Below, piece after piece: positions 28,775-38,447 of a DNA stretch of 64,000 bases. Position 1 is the stretch's first letter. The number at the start of each line of letters is the position of its first letter. The position numbers and the translations under genes were made by a program. The stretch comes from an uncultured delta proteobacterium. GTDB taxonomy: Bacteria; Desulfobacterota; RBG-13-43-22. The stretch is taken from contig CAWJJC010000003.1 of assembly GCA_963843145.1 (NCBI GenBank), positions 64,001 to 128,000 on the forward strand, read 5' to 3'. The notes below the pieces were generated by a model. The model was not told the origin of the DNA and made no database searches. It saw only the letters and a program-made list of their open reading frames with translations.

Positions 28775-30073
28775 ATGAAAAAGAGCATGGTGTTTTGCCT
28801 GGTTTTTTCCCTCATGATCCTGCTGGCGGTGGGGCTGGCCTCGGCCAATACCATCAAGATCGGGGTGATCTACCCCCTGACCGGCGGGGCGGCGGCGGAG
28901 GGACGGGAACTGCGAGCCGGCGCTGAACTGGCGGCGGAGATCGTCAATAATTCCAACCCGGCCATGGCCATGAGTATGGCCAAGAATGCCGGCATCAAGA
29001 GCCAGGGCGGGGCCAAGATCGAGCTGATTTTCAAAGATCACGAAGGCAACCCGACCCTGGGGGCCGACCTGGCCAAGAAGCTCATCCTGGACGATAAGGT
29101 GGTGGGACTCCTGGGCTGCTATCATAGCGCCGTCACCAAAACCGTCAGCGCCGTGGCCGAACAGTACGGCATCCCCATGATCAACGATTCCTCCACTTCT
29201 CCCGATCTGACCAAACGGGGCTTCAAATGGTTCTGGCGGACCACCCCTCATGACGGCACCTTCACCCGGGATCTCTTTGAGTTTATGAAGGGGCTGACCC
29301 AAGGGAAGGCCAAAGGCGTCAAGGCCGTCCCCAAGGAGGAAATCAAAGATCTGGCTTCCGCCTGTGAAAAAACGGAGTGGGGTTCCCATGTCTCTGAGTT
29401 GATCGAACTCTACAGCAAGGAATACGGGTTCAACGTCAAGAAGTCGATCCTCTATGCCGCCAAATCCGCCGACCTGTCGAGCGAAGTGGGATCCTTGAAA
29501 GCGGTGAAGCCGGACGTCATGCTCTTTGCCTCCTATGCCTCCGATGCCATTCTGATGATGAAAACCCTGAAGTCCCAGAAGGCCCAGCCCAAGATTCTCT
29601 GGGGGCAGGACGCCGGCTTTGAGGCCCCGGAGTTCCGGACCAGTCTGGGGGACGATGTGGCCGGGATCTTGACCCGAACCGTTTTCTCACCCAAGATCGC
29701 CGAGGTGAAGAAGGTGGCCGGACAGGTCAACGACCTCTACAAGAAGAAACACAACCGGGATCTGAGCGGGGCTTCGGCCCGGGCCTTTACCGGGGTTCAA
29801 GCCTGGGTGGAGGTGCTGGAAAAGGCCGGTTCCACCAAACCGGCGGACATCCAGAAGGCCGCCAACGCCATCAACATACCCGGAAATCAGTTGATCGTTC
29901 CCTGGGCCGGGATCAAGTTCGCCACCAGCGGAGACGACCTGGGCCAGAATGTCCTGGGATCGGGCATGATCGGTCAATATCAGAAGGGGAAGGACGGTCA
30001 GATCGTCCTGGAAATCGCTTATCCCTTTGATGTGGCCACGGCTAATTTAATTTATCCGTTTAAAGGTTTCTAA
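28775..30073 (+). CDS. ABC transporter substrate-binding protein (LivK/PBP1 family)
   Basis: Signal peptide, IKIGVIYPLTG, LLGCYHSAVT, WFWRTTPHD. Confidence 0.92.
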   Translation: MKKSMVFCLVFSLMILLAVGLASANTIKIGVIYPLTGGAAAEGRELRAGAELAAEIVNNSNPAMAMSMAKNAGIKSQGGAKIELIFKDHEGNPTLGADLAKKLILDDKVVGLLGCYHSAVTKTVSAVAEQYGIPMINDSSTSPDLTKRGFKWFWRTTPHDGTFTRDLFEFMKGLTQGKAKGVKAVPKEEIKDLASACEKTEWGSHVSELIELYSKEYGFNVKKSILYAAKSADLSSEVGSLKAVKPDVMLFASYASDAILMMKTLKSQKAQPKILWGQDAGFEAPEFRTSLGDDVAGILTRTVFSPKIAEVKKVAGQVNDLYKKKHNRDLSGASARAFTGVQAWVEVLEKAGSTKPADIQKAANAINIPGNQLIVPWAGIKFATSGDDLGQNVLGSGMIGQYQKGKDGQIVLEIAYPFDVATANLIYPFKGF

Positions 30074-30197
30074 GGATGTCCCATGATCGACGGGCCATCG
30101 ACGTCCGGCGATAAAAAAACTGAAGGCTTAAATGGGGGAGGGCCGAGGATGCTGCTTCCCCATTTTCAATAATTCAGAATCGGTTTTTTCGATCTTT

Positions 30198-31112
30198 ATG
30201 GAAATATTACTCAGCGCCCTGGTTTCCGGTCTCATGCTGGGCCTGGTCCTGGCCGTCATGGCCCTGGGGTTGACCATTATTTTCGGAGTCATGGACATGG
30301 TCAATTTCGCCCACGGGGAATTTTTGATGATCGGCATGTATACCGGGTTGCTGACCGCCCAGTTCACCGGGGTCGACCCCTTGTTCGGCCTGCCCGTGGC
30401 GGCCGTGGTGGGCTTTCTTTTAGGGGTACTCTGTTATTACGGCCTGGCCAGATACCTGCTGCGCGGTCCGATGCTGGCCCAACTTTTGGGCACTTTTGGT
30501 CTGATGCTTTTTTTGCGTAATTTGGCGCTCCTGGTCATGGGTTCTGAAGACCGGGCCCTTCATGAAGGTCTTCTGGTGGGCAAGAGCCTGGAAATCGGAA
30601 TGGGGATTATCATCCCGGCCACCAAGCTGGCGGCGGCTGTTCTGGGGATCACGGCTTTTGTCTCCGTCTGGCTGTTGATGAACAAAACCAAGGTGGGGCA
30701 GGCCCTGACCGCCACCTCGCTGAACGCCGAGGGGGCCCGTTATATGGGCATCCAGACGGAAAAGATGAACGCCCTGGCCTGGGGATTGGGGGGGGCTACG
30801 GCCACCTTGTCCGGGGCGCTCCTGGTCAATTTCTGGTCGGTCAACCCTTTCGTGGGTCTGCTTTTTACCATGATCGCCTTTACGGTGGTGGCCCTGGGAG
30901 GATTCGGCAGCGTGCCCGGGGCTTTTTTTGCCGGACTGGTGGTGGGATTGATTACCGAACTGCCCGGGATCTGGGACTTCTTCACTTATACCTTTCATAT
31001 TCAGTGGATGCAAAAAGTCCCCATGACTTCCTTTAAATACACCTTCGTTTATTTGGCCTATTTCCTGATCATGGTTTTTCGACCCCGGGGACTGTTCGGA
31101 TGGAAGCAGTAA
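30198..31112 (+). CDS. ABC permease (LivH family)
   Basis: ALGLTIIFGVMDMVNFAHGEF, VALGGFGS, RPRGLFG. Confidence 0.92.
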   Translation: MEILLSALVSGLMLGLVLAVMALGLTIIFGVMDMVNFAHGEFLMIGMYTGLLTAQFTGVDPLFGLPVAAVVGFLLGVLCYYGLARYLLRGPMLAQLLGTFGLMLFLRNLALLVMGSEDRALHEGLLVGKSLEIGMGIIIPATKLAAAVLGITAFVSVWLLMNKTKVGQALTATSLNAEGARYMGIQTEKMNALAWGLGGATATLSGALLVNFWSVNPFVGLLFTMIAFTVVALGGFGSVPGAFFAGLVVGLITELPGIWDFFTYTFHIQWMQKVPMTSFKYTFVYLAYFLIMVFRPRGLFGWKQ

Positions 31113-32113
31113 AGAGCGCGTTCGATTTTTCCGATTTTCCCCGCCTGGACCGGACCCTGGCCGTTTTGGGCGCGGCCGGCCTGTTCCTGTTCCCTTTAAT
31201 GCCCCACTCTTCCTTTGCCATGGTCACCCTGATCCAGTTTCTAATGTTCAGCACCTACGGGATGGGTTGGAATACCATCGGCGGCTACGGCGGACAGGTG
31301 GATCTGGGCAAGGCCCAATACGTGGGCATCGGGGCCTATACGACGGCGGTGATGCTGATCCGCTGGGATGTCCCCTTTTGGGTCTCCATGCCTATCGGCC
31401 TGGGTCTTTCGGTGGCCTGGTCCTTCCTGATCGGGTATCCGTTGTTTCGGCTGAAGGGACATTATTTCGCCATCGCCACCATCGCCACCTCTCTGGTCTT
31501 GAAGGATGTTTTCGAGGTCTGGAATTTTGTGGGGGCCTCCCGGGGTCTGGAGATTTCCCCCATCAAATACCAACCCCCCGACTTCCTGCGGCTGATTTTC
31601 CGAAGCGATGTTCCCTACTACTACACCATGTTGGGGATTTTCTTTTTGGGGCTCCTGATCATCAACTGGTTCAGGAAATCACGTTTGGGATTTCAACTGC
31701 GATCGATCAAAGACAATGAGGATATTGCCCGCTCTTTGGGCATTGATGTCCACTGGGCCAAGATCAAAACCTATGCCGTGGCTACGGCTTTTGTCAGCGT
31801 GGTCGGTTCGTTTCATGCCTGTTATATTAAGAACATTGAGCCCGAAGATACGATGAGCCTGGATATTTCGGTACTTATCGCCCTGATGGCCATGTTGGGT
31901 GGAGCCGGCTCTCTCTGGGGCCCGGTTATCGGAGCGGCCATTCTGATCCCCATGAAAAGCTATTTGAAGGAGTGGCTGGGAGCACAGGCCGGGTTGGTGG
32001 GGTTGGACCTGATCCTTTACAGCGCCATTATCATGCTGGTGGCCGCCGTGGAGCCCCGGGGGATCTGGGGCTTTGTGGAGAAGGCCCGGCGAAAAAAAAG
32101 AAGCGGTCGATGA
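31100..32113 (+). CDS. ABC permease (LivM family)
   Basis: GGYGGQVDLG, LKGHYFAIAT, MLGGAGSLWGP. Confidence 0.92.
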   Translation: MEAVKSAFDFSDFPRLDRTLAVLGAAGLFLFPLMPHSSFAMVTLIQFLMFSTYGMGWNTIGGYGGQVDLGKAQYVGIGAYTTAVMLIRWDVPFWVSMPIGLGLSVAWSFLIGYPLFRLKGHYFAIATIATSLVLKDVFEVWNFVGASRGLEISPIKYQPPDFLRLIFRSDVPYYYTMLGIFFLGLLIINWFRKSRLGFQLRSIKDNEDIARSLGIDVHWAKIKTYAVATAFVSVVGSFHACYIKNIEPEDTMSLDISVLIALMAMLGGAGSLWGPVIGAAILIPMKSYLKEWLGAQAGLVGLDLILYSAIIMLVAAVEPRGIWGFVEKARRKKRSGR

Positions 32114-32859
32114 GTTTGTTGGAGGTCAAAGAAGTCAGCAAAGATTTCGGCGGCTTGCGGGCCAACGACCGCGTTTCTTTCCGGGTGGATCCAGGAGAGG
32201 TCGTCGGCCTTATCGGCCCCAACGGGGCCGGGAAGACCACCCTGTTCAACTGCATCGCCGGCTTTCACAGCCTGAGTGAGGGGAATGTTTTTTTCGATGG
32301 CCGGGACATCTCCCGGCTGAAGGATTTTCAGATTGCTCGTCTGGGCCTGGCCAGGACCTTCCAGGTCTATACGGCCGCCGGGGATCTGAATGTGCTGGAA
32401 AATATCATGATCGGCGCTTTTCTGAAGACCCGGTCCAGGAGAGAGGCCCTTCACAAAAGCCGGGAGGTCATGGTTTTCATGGGCATCGAGGACCAGAGGA
32501 AGAACCTGATGACCGAACTGCCGGTGGCCGCCCAAAAAAGAGTTACCCTCGCCACCACCCTGGCCGCGGATCCCAAAATGATTCTCCTCGATGAAGTGGC
32601 CGCGGGCCTTAATCCCTTTGAGATCGAAGAATTTATCGGTCTCTTAGAGGAAATCAACCGGGGAAAGGGGATCACCCTGTTGCTCACCGAACACGTGATG
32701 GAATTGGTCATGCGCCTGAGCCATCGGGTCGTGGTTTTGGAGAGCGGCAGGAAGATCGCGGAAGGGGAACCCCGGGAAGTGATCAAAAGTGAGGCCGTGA
32801 TCAGGGCCTACCTGGGGGAAAACTACGTCAGTAAAAGGACGTCGGGCGCAGAGCGCTAA
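32110..32859 (+). CDS. ABC ATP-binding protein (LivG family)
   Basis: GPNGAGKTT, LLDEVAAG, VIRAYLG; ATGA overlap. Confidence 0.92.
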   Translation: MSLLEVKEVSKDFGGLRANDRVSFRVDPGEVVGLIGPNGAGKTTLFNCIAGFHSLSEGNVFFDGRDISRLKDFQIARLGLARTFQVYTAAGDLNVLENIMIGAFLKTRSRREALHKSREVMVFMGIEDQRKNLMTELPVAAQKRVTLATTLAADPKMILLDEVAAGLNPFEIEEFIGLLEEINRGKGITLLLTEHVMELVMRLSHRVVVLESGRKIAEGEPREVIKSEAVIRAYLGENYVSKRTSGAER

Positions 32860-32986
32860 GCGCAGGGATAACAGAAAGATAGAAGATAGAAGAGGGAAGA
32901 GGGAAGAATTTTTGAAACTCCAGGCTGAAGGCCAGGAGACCAATTGATTGAAGTATTTTAACGCTTGGCGCTACGCGCTCAGCGCT
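32846..32986. repeat. Nested 7-nt periodic arrays: inverted AGCGCNN arms around an AAGATAG/AAGAGGG array
   Basis: gcgcagagcgctaagcgca ... aagatagaagatagaagagggaagagggaaga ... cgcttggcgctacgcgctcagcgct. Confidence 0.7.
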
Positions 32987-32997
32987 CGGCCGACGCG

Positions 32998-33702
32998 ATG
33001 CTGGAAGTACAAAACATAGAGGTTCGTTATTCCGGTTTGCCGGTGATCCAGGGTGTTTCTCTGGAAGTAAAGAAAGGCGAACTGGTTTCGGTAATCGGAG
33101 GCAACGGGGCCGGGAAATCCACTCTTTTTAAAGCCATCATGGGGGTTTTGCGGCCTTCGCGGGGAGGAATCACTTTTCAGGGTAGGCAGTTGCCCGGGCT
33201 GACCACGGCGGCCATTGTCCGTCTGGGGGTCGTCTGCATTCCGGAGGACCGGAAACTTTTTCGGCCGCTCTCCGTGGAAGAAAATCTGCACTTGGGGGCC
33301 TATATTCTTAAGGATCAGCAGAAGATACGAACCCTGCTGAAGGAGGTCTTTACTCTATTCCCCCGTCTAAAGGAAAGACGGGATCAGCCGGCGGCCACCC
33401 TGTCCGGCGGGGAACAGCAGATGCTGGCCATTGGACGGGGACTGATGGCCGATCCCCAACTTTTGCTCCTGGATGAACCCTCCCTGGGGTTGGCCCCCTT
33501 GCTGGTGGACGAGGTCTTTCGCGTGGTGGAGACGCTGAAGGAGCGGGGCATGACCATTTTGCTGGTAGAACAAAATGTCCGGGAGGCACTGGAGATTTGC
33601 AGCCGAGGCTATATTCTGCAGACCGGGAGGATTATTCAGGAAGGAACCGGAGCCGAACTTCTTCAGAGCGACGCCGTCCGGAAGGCTTTTCTCGGGTTGT
33701 AA
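32998..33702 (+). CDS. ABC ATP-binding protein (LivF family)
   Basis: GGNGAGKS, LSGGEQQML, LDEPSLGLAP. Confidence 0.92.
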   Translation: MLEVQNIEVRYSGLPVIQGVSLEVKKGELVSVIGGNGAGKSTLFKAIMGVLRPSRGGITFQGRQLPGLTTAAIVRLGVVCIPEDRKLFRPLSVEENLHLGAYILKDQQKIRTLLKEVFTLFPRLKERRDQPAATLSGGEQQMLAIGRGLMADPQLLLLDEPSLGLAPLLVDEVFRVVETLKERGMTILLVEQNVREALEICSRGYILQTGRIIQEGTGAELLQSDAVRKAFLGL

Positions 33703-33712
33703 GGGCCTGGGT

Positions 33713-34393
33713 TTGGAATACGAGGTCCCAAAAATTCTTCTCTGCGGCGATCAGGCCGTGAGTATTGAATTCGGGGACGGCATCGAGCCGAAAATTAACC
33801 GGAAAGTCCTCCAACTCTTTGACCGGTTCCGAACCCGGCCGGTTCCGGGGATTAAGGATCTCATCCCCAGCTATCGATCCCTCCTGATACAGTATGACCC
33901 GCTCAAACTTTCCCTGGAGGAATTGAAGGCCATCGTCCGGTTGCAGTTGCCCTGCCTGGGACAGGTGGATTCCTCCGAGGGAAGAATCGTTACGATTCCG
34001 GTCCGCTACGGCGGGTCCAGTGGACCGGACCTTACGGAGGTGGCCGAATACCACGGATTGACTCCTGCGGAAGTCATCGCTCTTCATTCGGCAATCACCT
34101 ACCGGGTCTATATGATAGGTTTTAGCCCGGGCTTTCCTTTTTTGGGGGGGTTGGATCCACGCCTACATACACCCAGAAAAAAATCTCCCCGGGAAAAGGT
34201 GCCGGCCGGCAGCGTGGGTATTGCCGATCAACAGACCGGGATCTATTCCCTGGACAGCCCCGGAGGCTGGCGGTTGATCGGCCGAACACCGGTAAAGCTT
34301 TTTGATCTCTCCAGGGAAGAACCGCTACTCCTCGGGGCCGGAGATCGTGTTCTTTTCCGGCCGATTACGGGAAAAGAATTTGAAAATTGTTAG
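33713..34393 (+). CDS. pxpB: 5-oxoprolinase subunit B (KipI/allophanate hydrolase subunit 1 family)
   Basis: LIPSYRSLLIQYDP, IPVRYGG..GPDL, GFSPGFPFLG, SPGGWRLIGRTP; TTG start inferred. Confidence 0.9.
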   Translation: MEYEVPKILLCGDQAVSIEFGDGIEPKINRKVLQLFDRFRTRPVPGIKDLIPSYRSLLIQYDPLKLSLEELKAIVRLQLPCLGQVDSSEGRIVTIPVRYGGSSGPDLTEVAEYHGLTPAEVIALHSAITYRVYMIGFSPGFPFLGGLDPRLHTPRKKSPREKVPAGSVGIADQQTGIYSLDSPGGWRLIGRTPVKLFDLSREEPLLLGAGDRVLFRPITGKEFENC

Positions 34394-35312
34394 GATCATC
34401 AAGCCCGGTCCACTGACGACGGTCCAGGATTTAGGCCGCTTGGGCTACCAGGACCGGGGCGTGCCGGTCTCCGGAGCCGTCGATCAATACGCCTTGCGAC
34501 TGGGCAACCTGCTCGTCGGGAATTGGGAAGGGGAGGCGGCGTTGGAAATTACCCTGGGGGGATTGGAGGTCGAATTTGTTCAGAATGGTTTTTTTGCCTT
34601 GACCGGGGCAGAATCCGCCGCCCGACTGAACGAAGTAAACGTTTCCTTCTGGAGAGGAATCGCCGTTTCCAAAGGAGATCGTCTGATCATTGACCACAGC
34701 CGGACCGGGGCCCGGATTTACCTGGCTCTGGCCGGAGGGGTCCAAGTTCCTCCTATTATGGGAAGCAAATCCACCTACCTTCGCGGCGGGTTTGGGGGAT
34801 ACCGGGGGAGGGCCTTGACCAAAGGAGATCAACTTGAATGCGGGCCGGCGCGGGAGGCCGTCCTCCCCGAAATTCCCTTCGAATTAAGGCCGCCCTATTC
34901 AGACGCCCCCAGGCTGCGCGTGGTGTTGGGGCCCCAGGATGAAGAAATTACGGACCAGGGACTTTTTACCTTTTGGTCTTCCTCTTATGTCCTAACCCGG
35001 CAGATGGATCGCATGGGTTGCAGGCTTCAAGGTCCAAGGATAACGCACCGAAGAGGTCCGGATATCATTTCCGACGGCACCAGCTTCGGTTCCATCCAGA
35101 TCCCTGGAAACGGCCAGCCCATCATACTCCTGGCGGACCGCCAGACCACCGGCGGCTATGTTAAAATTGCCGCGGTCATTGCCCTGGACTGGCCCTTGAT
35201 CGCCCAGGCTTTGCCCGGTTGGGCCATTCGTTTTGAAGCCGCCACTTTGGAGGAGGCCCAGAAAAGCTATTTTCAAAGAGAATCTGCCCTGGCCCGCTTA
35301 TTAAAGGCATAA
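34380..35312 (+). CDS. pxpC: 5-oxoprolinase subunit C (KipA family)
   Basis: TTVQDLGR, GSKSTYLRGG, DRMGCRL, DRQTTGGYVKI; TTG start inferred. Confidence 0.9.
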   Translation: MKIVRIIKPGPLTTVQDLGRLGYQDRGVPVSGAVDQYALRLGNLLVGNWEGEAALEITLGGLEVEFVQNGFFALTGAESAARLNEVNVSFWRGIAVSKGDRLIIDHSRTGARIYLALAGGVQVPPIMGSKSTYLRGGFGGYRGRALTKGDQLECGPAREAVLPEIPFELRPPYSDAPRLRVVLGPQDEEITDQGLFTFWSSSYVLTRQMDRMGCRLQGPRITHRRGPDIISDGTSFGSIQIPGNGQPIILLADRQTTGGYVKIAAVIALDWPLIAQALPGWAIRFEAATLEEAQKSYFQRESALARLLKA

Positions 35313-35384
35313 GGGGATTGACCTTTGATCGGTTTGGGAGCATATTGGAAAAATTGGGGTCGAGGTTCAGGATCGGGTATTTTT

Positions 35385-35706
35385 GACGCTTCGCCCTTTT
35401 GGGTAGGTACCCCCAATATAAGGGTATGGGCCACCCGGGTCTCTTGGAAAGGGTTTTCCAAAGGCCATCCGGACTCCGAATTCGGGCCTAAGCAACTAAC
35501 TTGATTCAAAAGCAGGCCCAAACCCGGAGACCTTAAAAGCCTTCCCTGTTGGCCCTGCCTCCAGTGCGATTTGAGGATACAGGGGCCGGGTTAGAACCGA
35601 AGAAGAAGTGTGGAAAACCCTTTCCAAGAGACCCGGGTGGCCAGGGAGGCCTTGGGTTCGGAGCGATCGACTATGGTGCAACCACCCACCCAGAAGGGCG
35701 GAGAAC
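35385..35706. repeat. Non-coding element with long inverted arms including a perfect 32-bp inverted repeat (35429-35460 / 35611-35642); MITE- or REPIN-like
   Basis: ggccacccgggtctcttggaaagggttttcca is the exact reverse complement of tggaaaaccctttccaagagacccgggtggcc; outer imperfect pair cttcgcccttttgggta / cacccagaagggcggag. Confidence 0.8.
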
Positions 35707-35743
35707 CAAATTTATTACTATAGAACAGGAGTGAGAGATAACG

Positions 35744-35953
35744 ATGGTGGATATCAAATTGCTTGAAAAAGTCTTGAAGGAATTTGAGCAGGAGAACGAA
35801 GAAGATCCGATCGAGGATCCCGAATATATCAAGGGGATCAATTTTATGGCCGATGAAATGCGGACCCTGGACGAAAATTATTTCGCCAAGGGAATCATTG
35901 ATTTCATCCGGGAGTATGATCGGCGAAGGAAGAAAAAGATGGGGAAGTCTTGA
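35744..35953 (+). CDS. Small hypothetical protein (69 aa)
   Basis: Purine-rich RBS, protein-like acidic then basic composition. Confidence 0.7.
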   Translation: MVDIKLLEKVLKEFEQENEEDPIEDPEYIKGINFMADEMRTLDENYFAKGIIDFIREYDRRRKKKMGKS

Positions 35954-35988
35954 TTAAACTTTTTAACTAAATTATAAGGAGTCATTTT

Positions 35989-36369
35989 ATGAAAATTGCG
36001 TTTCCGGTCACGGAAGATCGAGGGATGGAGAGTCCGGTGTATGGTCATTTTGGTTCAGCTCCCCTCTTTATGGTTTTAGACAGTGCCAACGACGCACTCG
36101 AATCCATTGGGAATTCGGATGCTCATCATGCCCACGGTCAATGCCAACCGATCAAGGCCTTGGGGGGGACCTCCGTGGACCTGGTAGTCGTAGGCGGCAT
36201 CGGGGGCGGGGCTTTACTGAAACTCCAAGGTTTGGGAATCAAGGTGTTCAGGGCCGTGGAAGGCAGCGTGCTGGAAAATCTGGAATTGTTGAAATCCGGC
36301 AAATTGCCTGAATTCGCGGTGAATATGACCTGTGCCGGACACCAGGGCGGCCAGAGTTGCCATCACTAA
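35989..36369 (+). CDS. NifB/NifX-family (FeMo-co biosynthesis domain) protein
   Basis: MKIAFP, GHFGSAPLF, VVVGGIGGGA; Cys/His-rich tail. Confidence 0.88.
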   Translation: MKIAFPVTEDRGMESPVYGHFGSAPLFMVLDSANDALESIGNSDAHHAHGQCQPIKALGGTSVDLVVVGGIGGGALLKLQGLGIKVFRAVEGSVLENLELLKSGKLPEFAVNMTCAGHQGGQSCHH

Positions 36370-36383
36370 AGCGGAGTGAATCC

Positions 36384-36827
36384 ATGGAGCAGGATGCAAT
36401 TACCCAGCCCGGCGACCTGTCGACTATCCGGGAGATGCTGCGAAGTTCGGGGTACGCCGAAAAAGCGATTGACTATTACCTGACCAAACCCAACCAAGGT
36501 CCCTTGGAGGGCGCCGACCAGATTTCCGAATTGACCGGTCCCTGCGGGGATACCATGAAGTGTTATCTGAAGGTCGACCGGGGAACTATCCAAGAGGCCA
36601 GGTTCCAGGTTTTAGGTTGTCCGGGGGCGATTGCCGCCGCCATGGCCCTGGCCGACCTGGTCAAGGGGAAAAAATTCCAGAAGGCCCTGGAAGTCAAAGA
36701 CGGGGACGTTTTCAGGGAATTGGTCCAGATCCCCGATCAGAAACAGCATTGTATCCGTCTGGCGGTTAAAACGCTGGAAAAAACCATTGCGGATTTTCAA
36801 AAGGAGAAAAACCATGCCGCTGTTTGA
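36384..36827 (+). CDS. IscU/NifU N-terminal Fe-S scaffold protein
   Basis: GPCGDTM, LGCPGAIA, QKQHC (three conserved Cys). Confidence 0.88.
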   Translation: MEQDAITQPGDLSTIREMLRSSGYAEKAIDYYLTKPNQGPLEGADQISELTGPCGDTMKCYLKVDRGTIQEARFQVLGCPGAIAAAMALADLVKGKKFQKALEVKDGDVFRELVQIPDQKQHCIRLAVKTLEKTIADFQKEKNHAAV

Positions 36828-37068
36828 TTACCTCTGCCTGGATTGTGGCCGGGTAAGTGAAATGCTTTTGATCGGTTCGAGCGAAGAACCGGGATGCCCC
36901 GACTGCGGGAGCAGAAACGTGAAACGGATGCTTTCCGCACCCTCCTCTTTATCCGGGGTGGCCCAGCACAGCCTGCCGGGGGTAAAGGATACGGCCTGCT
37001 GTGGATCGGCCCCCGGCCAGGGAGCGGGCTGTGCCGGCCCGGGGAGTTGTTGCGGCCACGGGCACTAA
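36814..37068 (+). CDS. FmdB-family zinc-ribbon protein
   Basis: MPLFDYLCLDCG...CPDCGS; CC..C..CC tail; AAGGAG RBS. Confidence 0.88.
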   Translation: MPLFDYLCLDCGRVSEMLLIGSSEEPGCPDCGSRNVKRMLSAPSSLSGVAQHSLPGVKDTACCGSAPGQGAGCAGPGSCCGHGH

Positions 37069-37095
37069 AGGGTATTCCCTATTCCGGAGTACCGT

Positions 37096-37169
37096 TGGAA
37101 AACCCTTGCGCCGGTACCCGGCGGCCAGACCAGCTAGGGGGGGGTATCCACCCCCAAGGGCGAAGGGTC
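37096..37169 (-). repeat. Copy of the ~76-bp dispersed repeat
   Basis: Colinear with the reverse complement of 35385-35460. Confidence 0.7.
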
Positions 37170-37189
37170 AAATATTGTAGGAGGTGGCT

Positions 37190-37936
37190 ATGTCTGGGCA
37201 CTCTAAGTGGAGCACGATAAAACGGAAAAAAGGGGCCGCCGATGCCAAGCGGGGAAAGGTTTTTTCCAAACTAATCAAGGAAATTACCGTGTCGGCCCGC
37301 ATGGGGGGGGCGGACCAAAGCGGCAATCCCCGCCTGCGGGCGGCCATTCTGGCCGCCAAAGCGGAAAACATGCCGAAGGATAATATCGATCGGGCCGTTA
37401 AGAAAGGCACCGGGGATTTGGAGGGAGCGGCTTACGAAGAAACCGCCTATGAGGGCTATGGGCCGGGCGGGGTGGCGATCCTGGTTCAAGTATTGACCGA
37501 CAACAAAAACCGTACGGTTTCCGATGTCCGACATATTTTCACGAAAAACGGAGGCAATATGGGGGAAGCCGGCTCCGTGGCCTGGTTGTTCGATAAAAAG
37601 GGCTTCGTGGTTTTTGAAAAGGGAAAGGTGGATGAAGAGGCCTTGATGGAATGGGCCCTGGAGGCCGGGGTAGACGATATCCGGGAACAGGAAAACGAGT
37701 GGGAAGTGATCACCACCCCTGAAATTTTTGAACAGGTGCGAACGACTTTGGAGGAAAAACAGTGGATCCCCCAAGTGGCCGAAGTAACCATGCTGCCCAA
37801 GAATACCATTACCCTGGACGCCAAACAGGCGGAGCAGATGCTGCGCATGATGGAGGCCCTGGAAGATCACGAAGATGTTCAAAATGTGTACGCCAATTTT
37901 GATATCCCGGATCAGGTCATGGAGGCCTTAGGCTGA
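37190..37936 (+). CDS. yebC: YebC/PmpR family protein
   Basis: [38 protein letters not shown]. Confidence 0.97.
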   Translation: MSGHSKWSTIKRKKGAADAKRGKVFSKLIKEITVSARMGGADQSGNPRLRAAILAAKAENMPKDNIDRAVKKGTGDLEGAAYEETAYEGYGPGGVAILVQVLTDNKNRTVSDVRHIFTKNGGNMGEAGSVAWLFDKKGFVVFEKGKVDEEALMEWALEAGVDDIREQENEWEVITTPEIFEQVRTTLEEKQWIPQVAEVTMLPKNTITLDAKQAEQMLRMMEALEDHEDVQNVYANFDIPDQVMEALG

Positions 37937-37939
37937 TTC

Positions 37940-38431
37940 ATGGGCGTCCGGCAACCGGGGCGGACCTTGGGGATCGACCCGGGATCGCAAGTCACCGGAG
38001 TGGGGATTCTGGAAAGAGACGGGTCGCGGTTTCGGCATATTTACAGCGGCGCCATTCGCCTTTCGACCTTGCCGACCCTGGTCCTGCGGTTGGAAAAAAT
38101 TCATCAGCGGCTGCAGGAAATCATCCAGGAATTCCTGCCCACCGAGATGGCGGTGGAAAAAGTTTTTTTAGCCAAAAACGTTCACAGCGCCCTGATCCTG
38201 GGGCAGGTTCGGGGGGTGGCCCTGCTGGCGGCCGTGGAAGCGGGGCTGGAACTTTTTGAATATAGCGCCTTAGAGATCAAAAAAGCGGTCACCGGCTACG
38301 GTCGGGCGGAAAAAACGCAAGTCCACTCCATGGTCGGGAATTTATTGGGACTGACGATTCCTCGAAACCGGGACATCTCCGATGCCCTGGCCGTAGCCAT
38401 CTGTCACCTGAATTGGTTCCGGCCCCTTTGA
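37940..38431 (+). CDS. ruvC: Holliday junction resolvase RuvC
   Basis: [35 protein letters not shown]. Confidence 0.96.
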   Translation: MGVRQPGRTLGIDPGSQVTGVGILERDGSRFRHIYSGAIRLSTLPTLVLRLEKIHQRLQEIIQEFLPTEMAVEKVFLAKNVHSALILGQVRGVALLAAVEAGLELFEYSALEIKKAVTGYGRAEKTQVHSMVGNLLGLTIPRNRDISDALAVAICHLNWFRPL

Positions 38432-38447
38432 CGCCGGAGGCGCAGCG

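Noticed and set aside
35313-35384. Possible pxpA (LamB) remnant
   Set aside because: Only IDL and GAY fragments in different frames; too weak to support.
35989-36827. Nitrogen fixation genes
   Set aside because: NifX-like and NifU-like domains are widespread outside diazotrophs; no nifHDK in the window.
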